Shown in pieces: positions 30,673-40,223 of a stretch of DNA of 64,000 nucleotides. Under the pieces are notes generated by a model, which ran no database searches, was not told where the DNA came from, and was given only the letters and a program-made list of their open reading frames with translations. Numbering within the stretch: position 1 is the first letter of the stretch; each line of letters opens with the position of its first letter. Source of the stretch: an uncultured Phycisphaerales bacterium. GTDB taxonomy: Bacteria > Planctomycetota > Phycisphaerae > Sedimentisphaerales > Anaerobacaceae. A program made the translations under genes and the position numbers. Where the stretch lies: positions 352,001-416,000 of the forward strand of contig OY970359.1 of the NCBI GenBank assembly GCA_963718665.1, written 5' to 3'.

Positions 30673-30688
30673 TGGCACGGGGTTTGCA
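30673..30688 (+). promoter_or_regulatory. sigma54 (-24/-12) promoter
   Basis: TGGCACGGGGTTTGCA with GG and GC 12 nt apart; upstream palindrome CTGCCA-N3-TGGCAG at 30550-30564. Confidence 0.8.
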
Positions 30689-30702
30689 ACTCTAAAGGCG
30701 CT

Positions 30703-31119
30703 ATGGTAGCGGACTTGCGACAATTCGATGAGTTAAACGTGCTGGCTATACGGTCGGACTGGGACTGGCCGGGGGCTTTGCGCGATATATTCAGGCCAAG
30801 AGGCATAAATCTGTTGGTCGCGGAGCGCACCAATGATATAGTTAACATTCTGCGGCATCGGCGGATTTGCACAACGATTATCGATACCGACCTCGACGAG
30901 CCGGAGGCGGGGCTGTGGACGCTGAAGATTATCCGAATGGAACAGCCGCTTATGCCCTGTATATTACTGGCAATGCGAGCGACTAATATGATGCTCGAAA
31001 AGGCGCTGCAGTTGGACGTCTTCAGCGTTATGGCAAAACCGGTGGATATGAATATTTTGAGAGACCAGTTGAATCGGCTGTTCGTGAAAAGATACGGCAG
31101 CCATATTTTCTCGTCATAA
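30703..31119 (+). CDS. Stand-alone, atypical response-regulator receiver domain
   Basis: IIDTDL..GLWTLKIIR, ALQLDVFSVMAKPV; acidic pocket and Thr/Ser switch degenerate. Confidence 0.75.
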   Translation: MVADLRQFDELNVLAIRSDWDWPGALRDIFRPRGINLLVAERTNDIVNILRHRRICTTIIDTDLDEPEAGLWTLKIIRMEQPLMPCILLAMRATNMMLEKALQLDVFSVMAKPVDMNILRDQLNRLFVKRYGSHIFSS

Positions 31120-31164
31120 ACATAGAGCAAATGAAGGTAGAATTTTTGAAAGGAGTAGCAGGAA

Positions 31165-31455
31165 ATGAAAGTAAGACCATTGGCCGATAAGGTCCTCGTC
31201 CAGAGAGTGGAAGCGGAAACTAAAACAGCGGGTGGAATTGTCCTGCCCGACAGCGCAAAAGAAAAACCTCAGAAAGGCAAAGTCGTCGCGGTAGGCGACG
31301 GCAAAGTCCTCGACGACGGCTCACGCCAGAAACCACAGGTCAAAAAAGGCGACACGGTGCTGTTCACCAGCTACGCAGGCAGCGAAATAAAAATGGACGG
31401 CAAAGAATACCTGATTATGACCGAGTCGGACATTATGGCGGTCATCGAAGATTAA
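31165..31455 (+). CDS. groES: Co-chaperonin GroES
   Basis: [26 protein letters not shown]. Confidence 0.98.
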   Translation: MKVRPLADKVLVQRVEAETKTAGGIVLPDSAKEKPQKGKVVAVGDGKVLDDGSRQKPQVKKGDTVLFTSYAGSEIKMDGKEYLIMTESDIMAVIED

Positions 31456-31501
31456 GCCGGAATTGATAATTGAAATTAAAACCCAGAAGGAGAAGTAAGA
31501 T

Positions 31502-33133
31502 ATGGCAGCGAAAAAGATAGCGTTTGGAACAGAGGCGAGAGCGGCGATACGGGAAGGCGTAAGAAAGCTCGCCGCCGCCGTTAAAGTAACATTAGGCCCC
31601 TGCGGCAGGGTCGTAGTTCTTGAAAAATCGTTCGGCTCACCCACCGTAACAAAAGACGGCGTGTCGGTCGCGAAAGAAATCGAGCTTGAAGACGCATACG
31701 AAAATATGGGCGCACAAATGGTCAAGGAAGTCGCGTCAAAGACATCAACCGTCGCGGGCGACGGGACAACCACCGCGACCATCCTGGCCGAAAGCATATT
31801 CGAAGAGGGGCTGAAAAATATCACAGCCGGCGCAAACCCGATGCAGGTAAAACGAGGCATTGATAGGGCGGTCGATACAATCGTAAAAGAATTGCAAAAT
31901 ATGAGCGTATCCGTCAATTCCAGCAACCAAAGAGAGTTTATTGAGCAGGTCGCAACGTGCTCTGCTAACCAAGACGCAGAAATTGGCAAAAAGCTGGCTG
32001 AGGCGATGGGCAAGGTTGGCAAAGACGGCGTCATCACCGTCGAGGAAGGCCAGTCGCTCGAAACCGTTGTTGACCTGGTTGAAGGTATGCAGTTCGACAA
32101 AGGGTATCTCAGCCCGCACTTCATCAACAAGCTGGAAAATATGACGGTCGTTTTAGATAAGCCGTATATCCTCATCCACGAAAAGAAAATCAGCTCGATA
32201 AAATCGCTTGTGCCGTTGCTTGAAAAGGTCGCAAAACAGGGTAAGCCCCTGCTGATTATCGCTGAGGAAGTCGAAGGCGAGGCGCTGGCGACATTAGTCG
32301 TCAACAAGCTCCGCGGCGTTTTGCAGTGTGCAGCAGTCAAAGCACCCGGATTCGGCGACAGACGCAAGGCGCTGCTGAGCGATATCGCTGTGCTGACCGG
32401 CGGTCAAGCCATATTCGAAGACCTCGGCATCGATATCGAAAACCTCGAACTGAATATGTTAGGCAGGGCAAAACAGGTTACTATCGACAAGGACAACACA
32501 ACGATTATCGAAGGCGCAGGCAAGACGGAAGAAATCAAAGGCAGAATCGAGCAGATTAAAGCCGAGATTGAAAAATCAACCAGCGATTACGATATCGAAA
32601 AGCTCCAGGAACGCCTTGCGAAACTCTCCGGCGGCGTCGCGATGATAAAGGTAGGCGCAGCGACGGAAGCCGAGATGAAAGAAAAAAAGGCACGCGTCGA
32701 GGACGCGCTGCACGCATGCAGGGCCGCGGTAGAAGAAGGTATCCTGCCGGGTGGCGGAGTGGCTATGCTGCGAACAATTCCAGCTTTGGAAAAAATCAAG
32801 GCGCAGGGCGATGAGAAAGTCGGTATCGATATCGTTCGCAGGGCGATTGTTGCACCAATCAAACAGATTGCCCTCAACGCAGGTCTCGACGGCTCAATCG
32901 TGGCGCAGAAGGTTATGGAAAACAATGACAAGAACTTCGGCTACGACGCGCTGCGAAAAGAATACGGCAATATGATTGAATTCGGCGTCATCGTCCCCAC
33001 AAAGGTCGAACGCATCGCGCTGCAAAACGGCGCGTCAATCGCGTCACTATTACTGACAACCGACGCGATAGTAAGCGAAATTCCCGAAAAGAAAGAATCG
33101 CCCGCTATGCCTCCGGGCGGCGGAATGTACTAA
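31502..33133 (+). CDS. groEL: Chaperonin GroEL
   Basis: [26 protein letters not shown] tail. Confidence 0.98.
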   Translation: MAAKKIAFGTEARAAIREGVRKLAAAVKVTLGPCGRVVVLEKSFGSPTVTKDGVSVAKEIELEDAYENMGAQMVKEVASKTSTVAGDGTTTATILAESIFEEGLKNITAGANPMQVKRGIDRAVDTIVKELQNMSVSVNSSNQREFIEQVATCSANQDAEIGKKLAEAMGKVGKDGVITVEEGQSLETVVDLVEGMQFDKGYLSPHFINKLENMTVVLDKPYILIHEKKISSIKSLVPLLEKVAKQGKPLLIIAEEVEGEALATLVVNKLRGVLQCAAVKAPGFGDRRKALLSDIAVLTGGQAIFEDLGIDIENLELNMLGRAKQVTIDKDNTTIIEGAGKTEEIKGRIEQIKAEIEKSTSDYDIEKLQERLAKLSGGVAMIKVGAATEAEMKEKKARVEDALHACRAAVEEGILPGGGVAMLRTIPALEKIKAQGDEKVGIDIVRRAIVAPIKQIALNAGLDGSIVAQKVMENNDKNFGYDALRKEYGNMIEFGVIVPTKVERIALQNGASIASLLLTTDAIVSEIPEKKESPAMPPGGGMY

Positions 33134-33145
33134 AAAACGCTGACG

Positions 33146-33180
33146 ACAAGGCGGGCCTGAAAAACCCGCCTTGTTGCTTT
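33146..33180 (+). terminator. Terminator hairpin after groEL
   Basis: acaaggcggg-loop-cccgccttgt. Confidence 0.75.
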
Positions 33181-33196
33181 ATAAAGGAGATTTCAA

Positions 33197-33478
33197 ATGT
33201 CGTTTCAGTTTTACAGCAACGTAATCTCGCAGGCATCCCGCCGAATTGCGGGCGGCATATTCGCAACGGGACTTATGCTAATTGGTTTCGGCCTGCTGAT
33301 TTACCTGATGCCAAAGTTATTCGCTACCATAGCAGCCATCCTTTTCTTCGTCGCTGGCATCGGCACCTGCGTAACTGCCGTCAAAATCTTCGCAGTCCAA
33401 CGCCGGATAGACAAAAATATCAACAACGAATCAACTGAATATCGTGAGAACGTCAGAATCAGGATTGAAGACCACTAA
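33197..33478 (+). CDS. Small hypothetical membrane protein (2 TM)
   Basis: AAGGAG RBS; two hydrophobic helices. Confidence 0.75.
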   Translation: MSFQFYSNVISQASRRIAGGIFATGLMLIGFGLLIYLMPKLFATIAAILFFVAGIGTCVTAVKIFAVQRRIDKNINNESTEYRENVRIRIEDH

Positions 33479-34283
33479 TCAGCTTGAAATTATTGAGCAA
33501 GTTTACCGCTGCTTTGATATCGCCAAGCCGGTCATCGCCTCCCTCACGTTCCACGGCCAACGCCCCGGCAAAACCAGCAATCTTCAATGCCTTCAAAAAT
33601 TTATCTGCACCAACCTCACCCGTCCCCCAGACAACTTCGCTTCCCCATGTCCCCGGCGTTTTGGTCTGCATCGCGTCTTTGATATGAACGTGTTTTATCC
33701 AGGGGCCAAGAACGCCAACCGCTTCGACTGGATTGCCCTTGCCATACAGGATCATATTGGCGGGGTCAAAGTTCACACCCAAAGCAGGATGATTTAATTT
33801 TTCAAGGAAATCGCGAAGCTCGCCCGCCGACTCCTGCCCTGTTTCCATCAATAGCGTTACCTTATGCTCGCCCGCTTTGTCTGCGAGCATCCTGGTTCGC
33901 TCAGTCAACGTTTGGGCCTTTGCGGGGTTTTGCATATCGATGAAACCAAAGTGCGTCGAAAGAAACCGCACCTTCAGCCCGGCAGTCAGCTCAATGGCCT
34001 TTAATGCCGACTTCCGATTATCCCGCCAGCAATCATCAGGCACTATCCCGCCCGTGGCTTTTATCGATTCGAGCGTCGAATAATCCTCCTGTGGAAAATT
34101 AATCATCGCGGCAGTAATCTTCAGTTTGCTTTTGGCGACTTTGGCAAGATACTGACTGCCGTTGTCGGCAAGCGCAGGCGCAATCGCTAAATGAACGCAG
34201 TCAACCCCTGCCTCGGCGATTTTCTCAAAGTCGTTGCCGAGCGACCAACTGCAAACCCCTACAGGCCAATCGAGACATTTCAT
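33459..34283 (-). CDS. Sugar phosphate isomerase/epimerase (TIM barrel)
   Basis: METGQE, NFDPANMILY, HVHIKD, VERE. Confidence 0.9.
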   Translation of the reverse strand: MKCLDWPVGVCSWSLGNDFEKIAEAGVDCVHLAIAPALADNGSQYLAKVAKSKLKITAAMINFPQEDYSTLESIKATGGIVPDDCWRDNRKSALKAIELTAGLKVRFLSTHFGFIDMQNPAKAQTLTERTRMLADKAGEHKVTLLMETGQESAGELRDFLEKLNHPALGVNFDPANMILYGKGNPVEAVGVLGPWIKHVHIKDAMQTKTPGTWGSEVVWGTGEVGADKFLKALKIAGFAGALAVEREGGDDRLGDIKAAVNLLNNFKLISGLQS

Positions 34284-35299
34284 CAAATCGCAATCTCCTT
34301 TTTGCTTTCAGCGGACTGTTTCTCCGCCAGAATTATTTTTATCGCGCTGAGAGAATCGGCCGGACTGATTATCTGGGGCACTTTTGTGCCTTTGATTTTC
34401 TTTACGAAGTGCGCGATTTCACGCGACCAGCCGTCACCCGATTCAATCTTAGGCGTTAAACAACCGCCGCCGGCCAGACACACTTGAAGCGTCGGCGTAT
34501 GCCTGCAATCATATATAATCGTCGCTTTTTCGAGCGAGATAACAAAACTCATTTCAAATTTGAAGCCGGGCGACATAACAAAGCCGCCCTCCGCCGATAC
34601 GACCTTGTTGTTCTTATAAACATATTGCGTCGTAACGTAATCGAATCCGCCGCTTGGCCCTATGACTGCCTCCGACCTCACCGCTTCGGGCAATCCGAAC
34701 AGATACTGAATATAATCGGCGTCGTGGATATGCAGGTCCATAATCGCCCCGCCGCTTTGTTTCGCGTGGATTAGCCAGTTCTTCCAGCTCCACTCCGGCA
34801 CCGTGCTGACCCGCCGAAAAGACGCGGCCAATACATCACCGTATTTTCCCGAATCCACAATCTGTTTCGCTTTCGCGTACTCAGGCCAAAAGCGGATACA
34901 ATGACCGATTTGCAGTATTCTTTTATTCGTCTTAGCGGCAGCAATCATACCCTCACACTGCTCGACATTCATCGCCATCGGCTTTTCACACAAAACGTGC
35001 GCACCCGCATTAAGGGTCTTTACCGTAAAATCCCTGTGCATAAACGTCGGCAACGTAATCGAAACAGCATCAAGCTGCTTTCCAGCAAGCATTTTTTCAA
35101 AATCCGTATAAAGCGCAACATCCCCAAGGTTTAAAGCTGCATCATCGCCTCCGATATTGCCCTCTATTTTTTCACTGCCCTTCAAGCGTGTCTTGTCGTT
35201 GTCGCAAATCGCAGCCACCCGCACGCCACGTAAGCCGCGATAGCAATGCAAATGCTGCCTGCCCATAAAACCAAATCCGACTATTCCTACCCGCACCAA
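34283..35299 (-). CDS. Gfo/Idh/MocA oxidoreductase
   Basis: GFGFMG, CEKPMA, SGGAIMDLHIHD; TTG start after GAGGAG. Confidence 0.92.
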   Translation of the reverse strand: MVRVGIVGFGFMGRQHLHCYRGLRGVRVAAICDNDKTRLKGSEKIEGNIGGDDAALNLGDVALYTDFEKMLAGKQLDAVSITLPTFMHRDFTVKTLNAGAHVLCEKPMAMNVEQCEGMIAAAKTNKRILQIGHCIRFWPEYAKAKQIVDSGKYGDVLAASFRRVSTVPEWSWKNWLIHAKQSGGAIMDLHIHDADYIQYLFGLPEAVRSEAVIGPSGGFDYVTTQYVYKNNKVVSAEGGFVMSPGFKFEMSFVISLEKATIIYDCRHTPTLQVCLAGGGCLTPKIESGDGWSREIAHFVKKIKGTKVPQIISPADSLSAIKIILAEKQSAESKKEIAI

Positions 35300-35332
35300 T
35301 TTAACTCTCCTCAACGACTCAAATCCCTGTTT

Positions 35333-36502
35333 TTATCCTTTGAAAAATGCAACCAGCGCAATAATTGACGCGAACATAATCACCGCGGGCACTGAGAAAA
35401 TCGCCCGCCAGTTAAACCGGTCTTCCTTCCTGAAAATATCCATCACAACACCAGCAAACTGCGTCCCTAAAAATAACCCCACTCCGGTCGTTGCCGCGAA
35501 CACAAGCGCCTGCACCGAACTGCGGATTTCAGGCGGAGATGCGATGTTAGCGAATATCTGGCCGGCGATGATAAACAGGACATAAGCAAGGCCGTGAAGT
35601 GATTGCGAAATAACTATCAGCGCACGCGGTTTTGAGATGACGTAAACAAGATACAATAAAAACCAGGCCGCCGCGCCAATCGTCAGCGTCCATTTGAATC
35701 CAAACAAGCCAATAAATTTATTAAGCAGGTAGTATGTGGCTACGGCCTGCACCACCTGGGCAATAGCCATCGCAGCCGGCACGTTCCTGCCGGTTATTCC
35801 CGTGTCCATCATAAATCGTGCGCTGCCCAAAAAATAAAACTGCATCAGCCCCCCTGCCACGAGTGAAACAATCATAAAGACCAGGAAATTGGTATTCTGC
35901 AGCATAGTCATCGCCTTCAAAACAGGCGTCCCGCCGGCCCCGGCAGGCGGCGTCGAAGGTAATGCCAGACAACCGGCCGCCATAATAATTGAAAGCGCCG
36001 CGGCGAGAAAAAGACAATCTCGTCCCTTCTCAGCGGTCTTGAACGTCCACCGCCAGCCCGTCAGGAAATACCCCGCAATCGCCCAGGCAATCGGCGCCCA
36101 CATAAAGACCTTTCCCTGCCAGGCGGCATCGGTAACATTAGCAAAAAGCACCGCGTTGACCAAAGGAAGCGTCGCTGCGTAAAACACCGAATATAAAAAC
36201 ATTACGACAAACAACACTGCAAACCTCGTCTGCACCGCCGCAATCAGCAACAGTACCGCACCAATCAAATGTGCCCCCGCGAGAATCCATTCGGCGTTGA
36301 GCCACTTATCCGCAATCTGCCCTGAAATCAAAGGCGAGATAATGCACGCGAGAGGCAAAGTGGCGTATATCCACCCCGTCTGTTTGCCGCTGAAACGCAA
36401 AGGCCCCAGCAATCTCGCCGCCAATACAGGCATCCATGCCCCCCAAATCGCGTATTCCAGCGCCATTACCGCACTTAACTTTATGTAAAGCAATGTGCTC
36501 AT
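35333..36502 (-). CDS. MFS transporter, nucleoside:H+ symporter (NupG-like) family
   Basis: EYAIWGAW, GQIADKW, about 12 TM segments, LHGLAY. Confidence 0.88.
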   Translation of the reverse strand: MSTLLYIKLSAVMALEYAIWGAWMPVLAARLLGPLRFSGKQTGWIYATLPLACIISPLISGQIADKWLNAEWILAGAHLIGAVLLLIAAVQTRFAVLFVVMFLYSVFYAATLPLVNAVLFANVTDAAWQGKVFMWAPIAWAIAGYFLTGWRWTFKTAEKGRDCLFLAAALSIIMAAGCLALPSTPPAGAGGTPVLKAMTMLQNTNFLVFMIVSLVAGGLMQFYFLGSARFMMDTGITGRNVPAAMAIAQVVQAVATYYLLNKFIGLFGFKWTLTIGAAAWFLLYLVYVISKPRALIVISQSLHGLAYVLFIIAGQIFANIASPPEIRSSVQALVFAATTGVGLFLGTQFAGVVMDIFRKEDRFNWRAIFSVPAVIMFASIIALVAFFKG

Positions 36503-36626
36503 TTTTGTCTCCCTAAAAATGTGCCCACATTGTCAATACCCGGACGCGTTAAATCCAGTATAATCTAAAGAAGCCCCTGAGAAAATGGCGTGCAATCCGC
36601 AAAATCAGAGGTTAAAATATGGCGAT

Positions 36627-37232
36627 ATGAAACTGCCAAAACTTCAAAAACCGGATAGTTATGTCGGCCTGTACATCGTCGATTTCGGCGACGGTTCGAC
36701 AGGGCTCACCGCAGGTCATACGGGAGTGGGATTCACCGCGCAGGAGGTCGCTGAGCTTTTTGAAAGCGAAAAGTTCGGCCATTGCAAGGCATATAAGATA
36801 CACAAGGCATATCCCGACGGCCGGCTGGAGCTGAAAGGCGTTCAAAAAGAAATTTTCCAGCTTGAGACAGGCCTGTTCTTCTTCTCTGCTGATATCGACG
36901 CCGCCCGCAATGATTACAAGCGATTAGTCAAACTCGGCATTGAGACCAACTTGCCCTGCAAAGCGATAGTTCATCTTGCCAGGTACAACGAAGATAAATT
37001 CGCGGCAGCGCTTATTTACCCCGCCGAATATGATGATGAGATAAGCGGCTGGCTGCTTGAACATCAGTTTAAATCAGCGGGTGTTGCCGAAGGAGGCATA
37101 AGCGCTGTAACGAGATACTACGACGCAAAGCCCGAAATACTGGAAAGACATCAGTTGTGGGGCCGGTCATCCATCGAAAGCCGAACAGGCGAGGAGCTTC
37201 TGGCCTCGACAAAAATCGCCGTGCAAAGATAA
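36627..37232 (+). CDS. Conserved hypothetical protein with an in-frame REP-like insert
   Basis: Long ORF with typical codon use; GSTGLTAG segment is encoded by a palindrome-like element. Confidence 0.75.
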   Translation: MKLPKLQKPDSYVGLYIVDFGDGSTGLTAGHTGVGFTAQEVAELFESEKFGHCKAYKIHKAYPDGRLELKGVQKEIFQLETGLFFFSADIDAARNDYKRLVKLGIETNLPCKAIVHLARYNEDKFAAALIYPAEYDDEISGWLLEHQFKSAGVAEGGISAVTRYYDAKPEILERHQLWGRSSIESRTGEELLASTKIAVQR

Positions 37233-37246
37233 TCACTTTTTGAAAA

Positions 37247-37447
37247 ATGGTCCTTCATCGCAAAACTAATACTGTCCTGGGCTTTTTAGCGGGGTTAATG
37301 TCGGCTGTCTTCGGAACCAAGGCCGCGAAACCATCTGCAGAGGATTTGAAACGGGCGGAATTCACAACCAGCACACAGCGACTCGGAATCCGGTTCACAG
37401 ACCGCATAAGGGATGTCTTTCGATTCAAGTGGCTTAAGAAAACGTGA
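37247..37447 (+). CDS. Small hypothetical protein
   Basis: Fills the gap between co-oriented genes; basic C-terminus. Confidence 0.55.
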   Translation: MVLHRKTNTVLGFLAGLMSAVFGTKAAKPSAEDLKRAEFTTSTQRLGIRFTDRIRDVFRFKWLKKT

Positions 37448-37454
37448 GACCCCT

Positions 37455-39323
37455 ATGAAACCACACCGTATAAATAGTATGCGAGAAACAGATAACATAA
37501 TTCCGCCGACAGGTGGTGAGCCGGTGCTCAGCGAAAACGCGCTGACCGTGCTGGAGAATCGCTATTTAATCAGGGATGAACAGGGCAAAATCATTGAGAC
37601 GCCCGGTCAGCTTTTCAACAGGGTTGCCCGTCTTGTCGCATCAATCGAGGCAAACTACGGCTGTAACGAAACCGAAGTTGCCCAGTGGCATAAAAAATAT
37701 TATGACATTATGGCGTCGCTGAAGTTTTTGCCTAATTCGCCAACGCTAATGAACGCGGGTAGGCCTTCGGGAATGTTGAGCGCATGTTTTGTTTTGCCGA
37801 TTGAAGACAGCATCGAAGATATATTCGAGACAATCAAAGACACCGCCCTGATTCAGAAGGCAGGCGGCGGAACAGGTTTTTCACTCGACCACCTGCGCCC
37901 CACCGGCGACCGGGTCGCGTCGAGCGGCGGAACAACGTCAGGCCCGATTTCATTTTGGCGGGTATTTTCCCAGACAACCGACGCGATTCAACAGGGCGCA
38001 TTCCGCAGAGGCGCAAATATGGGGATGATGAGCGTTACTCATCCCGATATCATCAGGTTCCTGCACGCCAAACAGGACTTAAAGGCCTTCACAAATTTCA
38101 ACATCTCAGTAAAAATCACCGATGCCTGGATGAACGCCCTCGAAACAAAACCCAACACGCTGCACGTCGTTGAAAACCCCCGGACAGGTCAAAAATACCT
38201 CCTGCCCAAGCAAATCGACATCAACAACTATGTGATACAGGACCTGTTTGCGCTACCCGGCGACAACATATCACAATTTGAAAACACAGGCAGGTTTTAT
38301 ACCATCGGCGATTTGTGGAATATGATTATCACCTGCGCCCATAAAACAGGCGACCCGGGCGTGGCGTTCATTGACCGCATCAACAAAGATAACCCGACGC
38401 CCGCACTTGGCGATATTGAAGCGACAAACCCCTGCGGCGAACAGCCGTTGCTGCCCTACGAGGCCTGCACATTAGGCAGCATCAACATCGCGAAATTCGT
38501 TACCGACAAATCCGAAATCGACTGGCCTGCGCTGGCTGAAACAACGAAACTGAGCGTCCGATTCCTCGATAACATCATCGACGCCTGCCACTATCCTGTT
38601 ACCCAGACAGCCGAAATCGCCCACGCAAACCGCAAAATCGGACTGGGCATTATGGGCTTCGCGGACTGCCTTTTTATGCTCGGCATACCATACGACAGCA
38701 ACGAAGGCGTAGCTGCCGCGGAATCAATTATGAAATTCATAAACGAAAACGCCAGGCAGGCAAGCAGTGAATTGGCTGAAAAACGAGGGTGCTTCCCCAA
38801 CTGGCCCAACAGTATCTGGAACAAGCAGAGAAATTTGAAGGTGCGAAACGCCGCGATTACCTGTGTCGCACCAACCGGCACAATAAGCATCATCGCCAAC
38901 TGCTCATCAGGTATTGAGCCGCTTTATTCGCTCGTTTTTGTGCGACAGGTCCTGTCAGGCAAAAAATTACTCCAGGCAAATCCGGTTTTCGGGGAAATTG
39001 CCGCAAACAGGGGTATTTGCAGCGAAGATATCGCCCGGCAGGCACTTCAAACCGGCAGTATTCAAACGATATCTTCAATCCCCGCTGAAATCCGCAAAAT
39101 ATTCAAATGCGCCTATGATATCAGCCCCGAATGGCATATTCGTATGCAGGCCGCATTCCAAAAGCACTGCGACGCAGCCGTCAGCAAGACGATAAACTTC
39201 ACTGAAAAGGCCAAAACCACCGGCGTTGACAAGGCCTACCGGCTCGCGTATCACCTTGGCTGCAAAGGAATTACGATATACCGCCGGAAAAGCAGACCCG
39301 ATGAGCCGATGACGCTTTGTTAG
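37455..39323 (+). CDS. nrdJ: Class II (adenosylcobalamin-dependent) ribonucleotide reductase, NrdJa-like
   Basis: FLPNSPTLMNAG, LSACFV, GGGTG, RRGANM, TNPCGEQ, APTGTIS, SKTIN; start 37455 or 37479. Confidence 0.93.
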   Translation: MKPHRINSMRETDNIIPPTGGEPVLSENALTVLENRYLIRDEQGKIIETPGQLFNRVARLVASIEANYGCNETEVAQWHKKYYDIMASLKFLPNSPTLMNAGRPSGMLSACFVLPIEDSIEDIFETIKDTALIQKAGGGTGFSLDHLRPTGDRVASSGGTTSGPISFWRVFSQTTDAIQQGAFRRGANMGMMSVTHPDIIRFLHAKQDLKAFTNFNISVKITDAWMNALETKPNTLHVVENPRTGQKYLLPKQIDINNYVIQDLFALPGDNISQFENTGRFYTIGDLWNMIITCAHKTGDPGVAFIDRINKDNPTPALGDIEATNPCGEQPLLPYEACTLGSINIAKFVTDKSEIDWPALAETTKLSVRFLDNIIDACHYPVTQTAEIAHANRKIGLGIMGFADCLFMLGIPYDSNEGVAAAESIMKFINENARQASSELAEKRGCFPNWPNSIWNKQRNLKVRNAAITCVAPTGTISIIANCSSGIEPLYSLVFVRQVLSGKKLLQANPVFGEIAANRGICSEDIARQALQTGSIQTISSIPAEIRKIFKCAYDISPEWHIRMQAAFQKHCDAAVSKTINFTEKAKTTGVDKAYRLAYHLGCKGITIYRRKSRPDEPMTLC

Positions 39324-39481
39324 ACAGCCCCGCCAAGCCGTTTTAACCCCCAAATCGAACACGGAACCGCAAAAAACGTATATTTTATAAGGCCAACTAA
39401 ATGGGGTAATTTTTGGATTAAAGCACAAATTATGTGTTTGCCGATAATTGGAGCAGCAGAACAGAGTTTTTCTCCCCTCCG

Positions 39482-39525
39482 GAAAACATCGGGTAGCGAG
39501 GCGTTATCCGGTGTTTTCTTTTTTT
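39482..39525 (+). terminator. Rho-independent terminator
   Basis: 17-bp stem GAAAACATCGGGTAGCG/CGTTATCCGGTGTTTTC with 3 G-U pairs, then T7. Confidence 0.85.
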
Positions 39526-39732
39526 ATAGAGACGACAACTACACTCAAATCGCTTAAAATTCAATAAATGGCTTGAAAACTAATGGGACAACGAGTAAAC
39601 TACTACGGGTTACCACCCGTAGTATTGCGGCGGAAGAATAAATTTCGGGCAATGTAGCCGATATAGTAATATCGGAATAACGAATGTAAAGAAATAGAGT
39701 CGCACGTTTTTTGGATTAAGGAGAAACCAAAA

Positions 39733-40119
39733 ATGAAGAAACAGTTAATGGCACTGGTTGGGGTGGTCGCGGTTTGTATGCTGCTGGCGGTTGTGAGCAA
39801 TGTGATGGCAGCAGACGTAAACCAGCCAAAGGAAAAATCGAAGGACAGCAACAGTTTGGTCATAGGTATCGTCAACGTAGTTAAAGGCAACGACGGTAAT
39901 TTCACTGAAATAAAAGTGGTGGTGTCACGCAGGGAACTCATATACAAGGTGGTTCTCGATGCAAAAGGCATAGAGCTGGGAAAGACAATGGCTGACAAAA
40001 GAGCCAGAATCGAAGGAACCATAGAGCAAAAAGGTGATGTTCAATGGCTGACCGTAAAAACGTTTAGCGACCTGAAACCCAGGGGAGATGCCAAGCCGAA
40101 AGCAAAACCAACCCAGTAA
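39733..40119 (+). CDS. Secreted hypothetical protein, OB-fold-like
   Basis: AAGGAG RBS, signal peptide, ARIEGTIEQKG..WLTVK. Confidence 0.8.
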   Translation: MKKQLMALVGVVAVCMLLAVVSNVMAADVNQPKEKSKDSNSLVIGIVNVVKGNDGNFTEIKVVVSRRELIYKVVLDAKGIELGKTMADKRARIEGTIEQKGDVQWLTVKTFSDLKPRGDAKPKAKPTQ

Positions 40120-40174
40120 CGCAAAATAGGACAAGCCCAGGCAAAATCAGTAACGTGATTAAATAATGAACACT

Positions 40175-40206
40175 AAGAGCCGCATAGTAACGCGGCTCTT
40201 TTTTTT
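40175..40206 (+). terminator. Terminator between convergent genes
   Basis: aagagccgc-loop-gcggctctt plus T-run. Confidence 0.8.
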
Positions 40207-40223
40207 GCGCCAAGACAGATTTG

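Noticed and set aside
37233..37480. Cobalamin riboswitch or NrdR boxes before nrdJ
   Set aside because: The space is filled by an ORF and I see no B12-box or convincing NrdR palindrome
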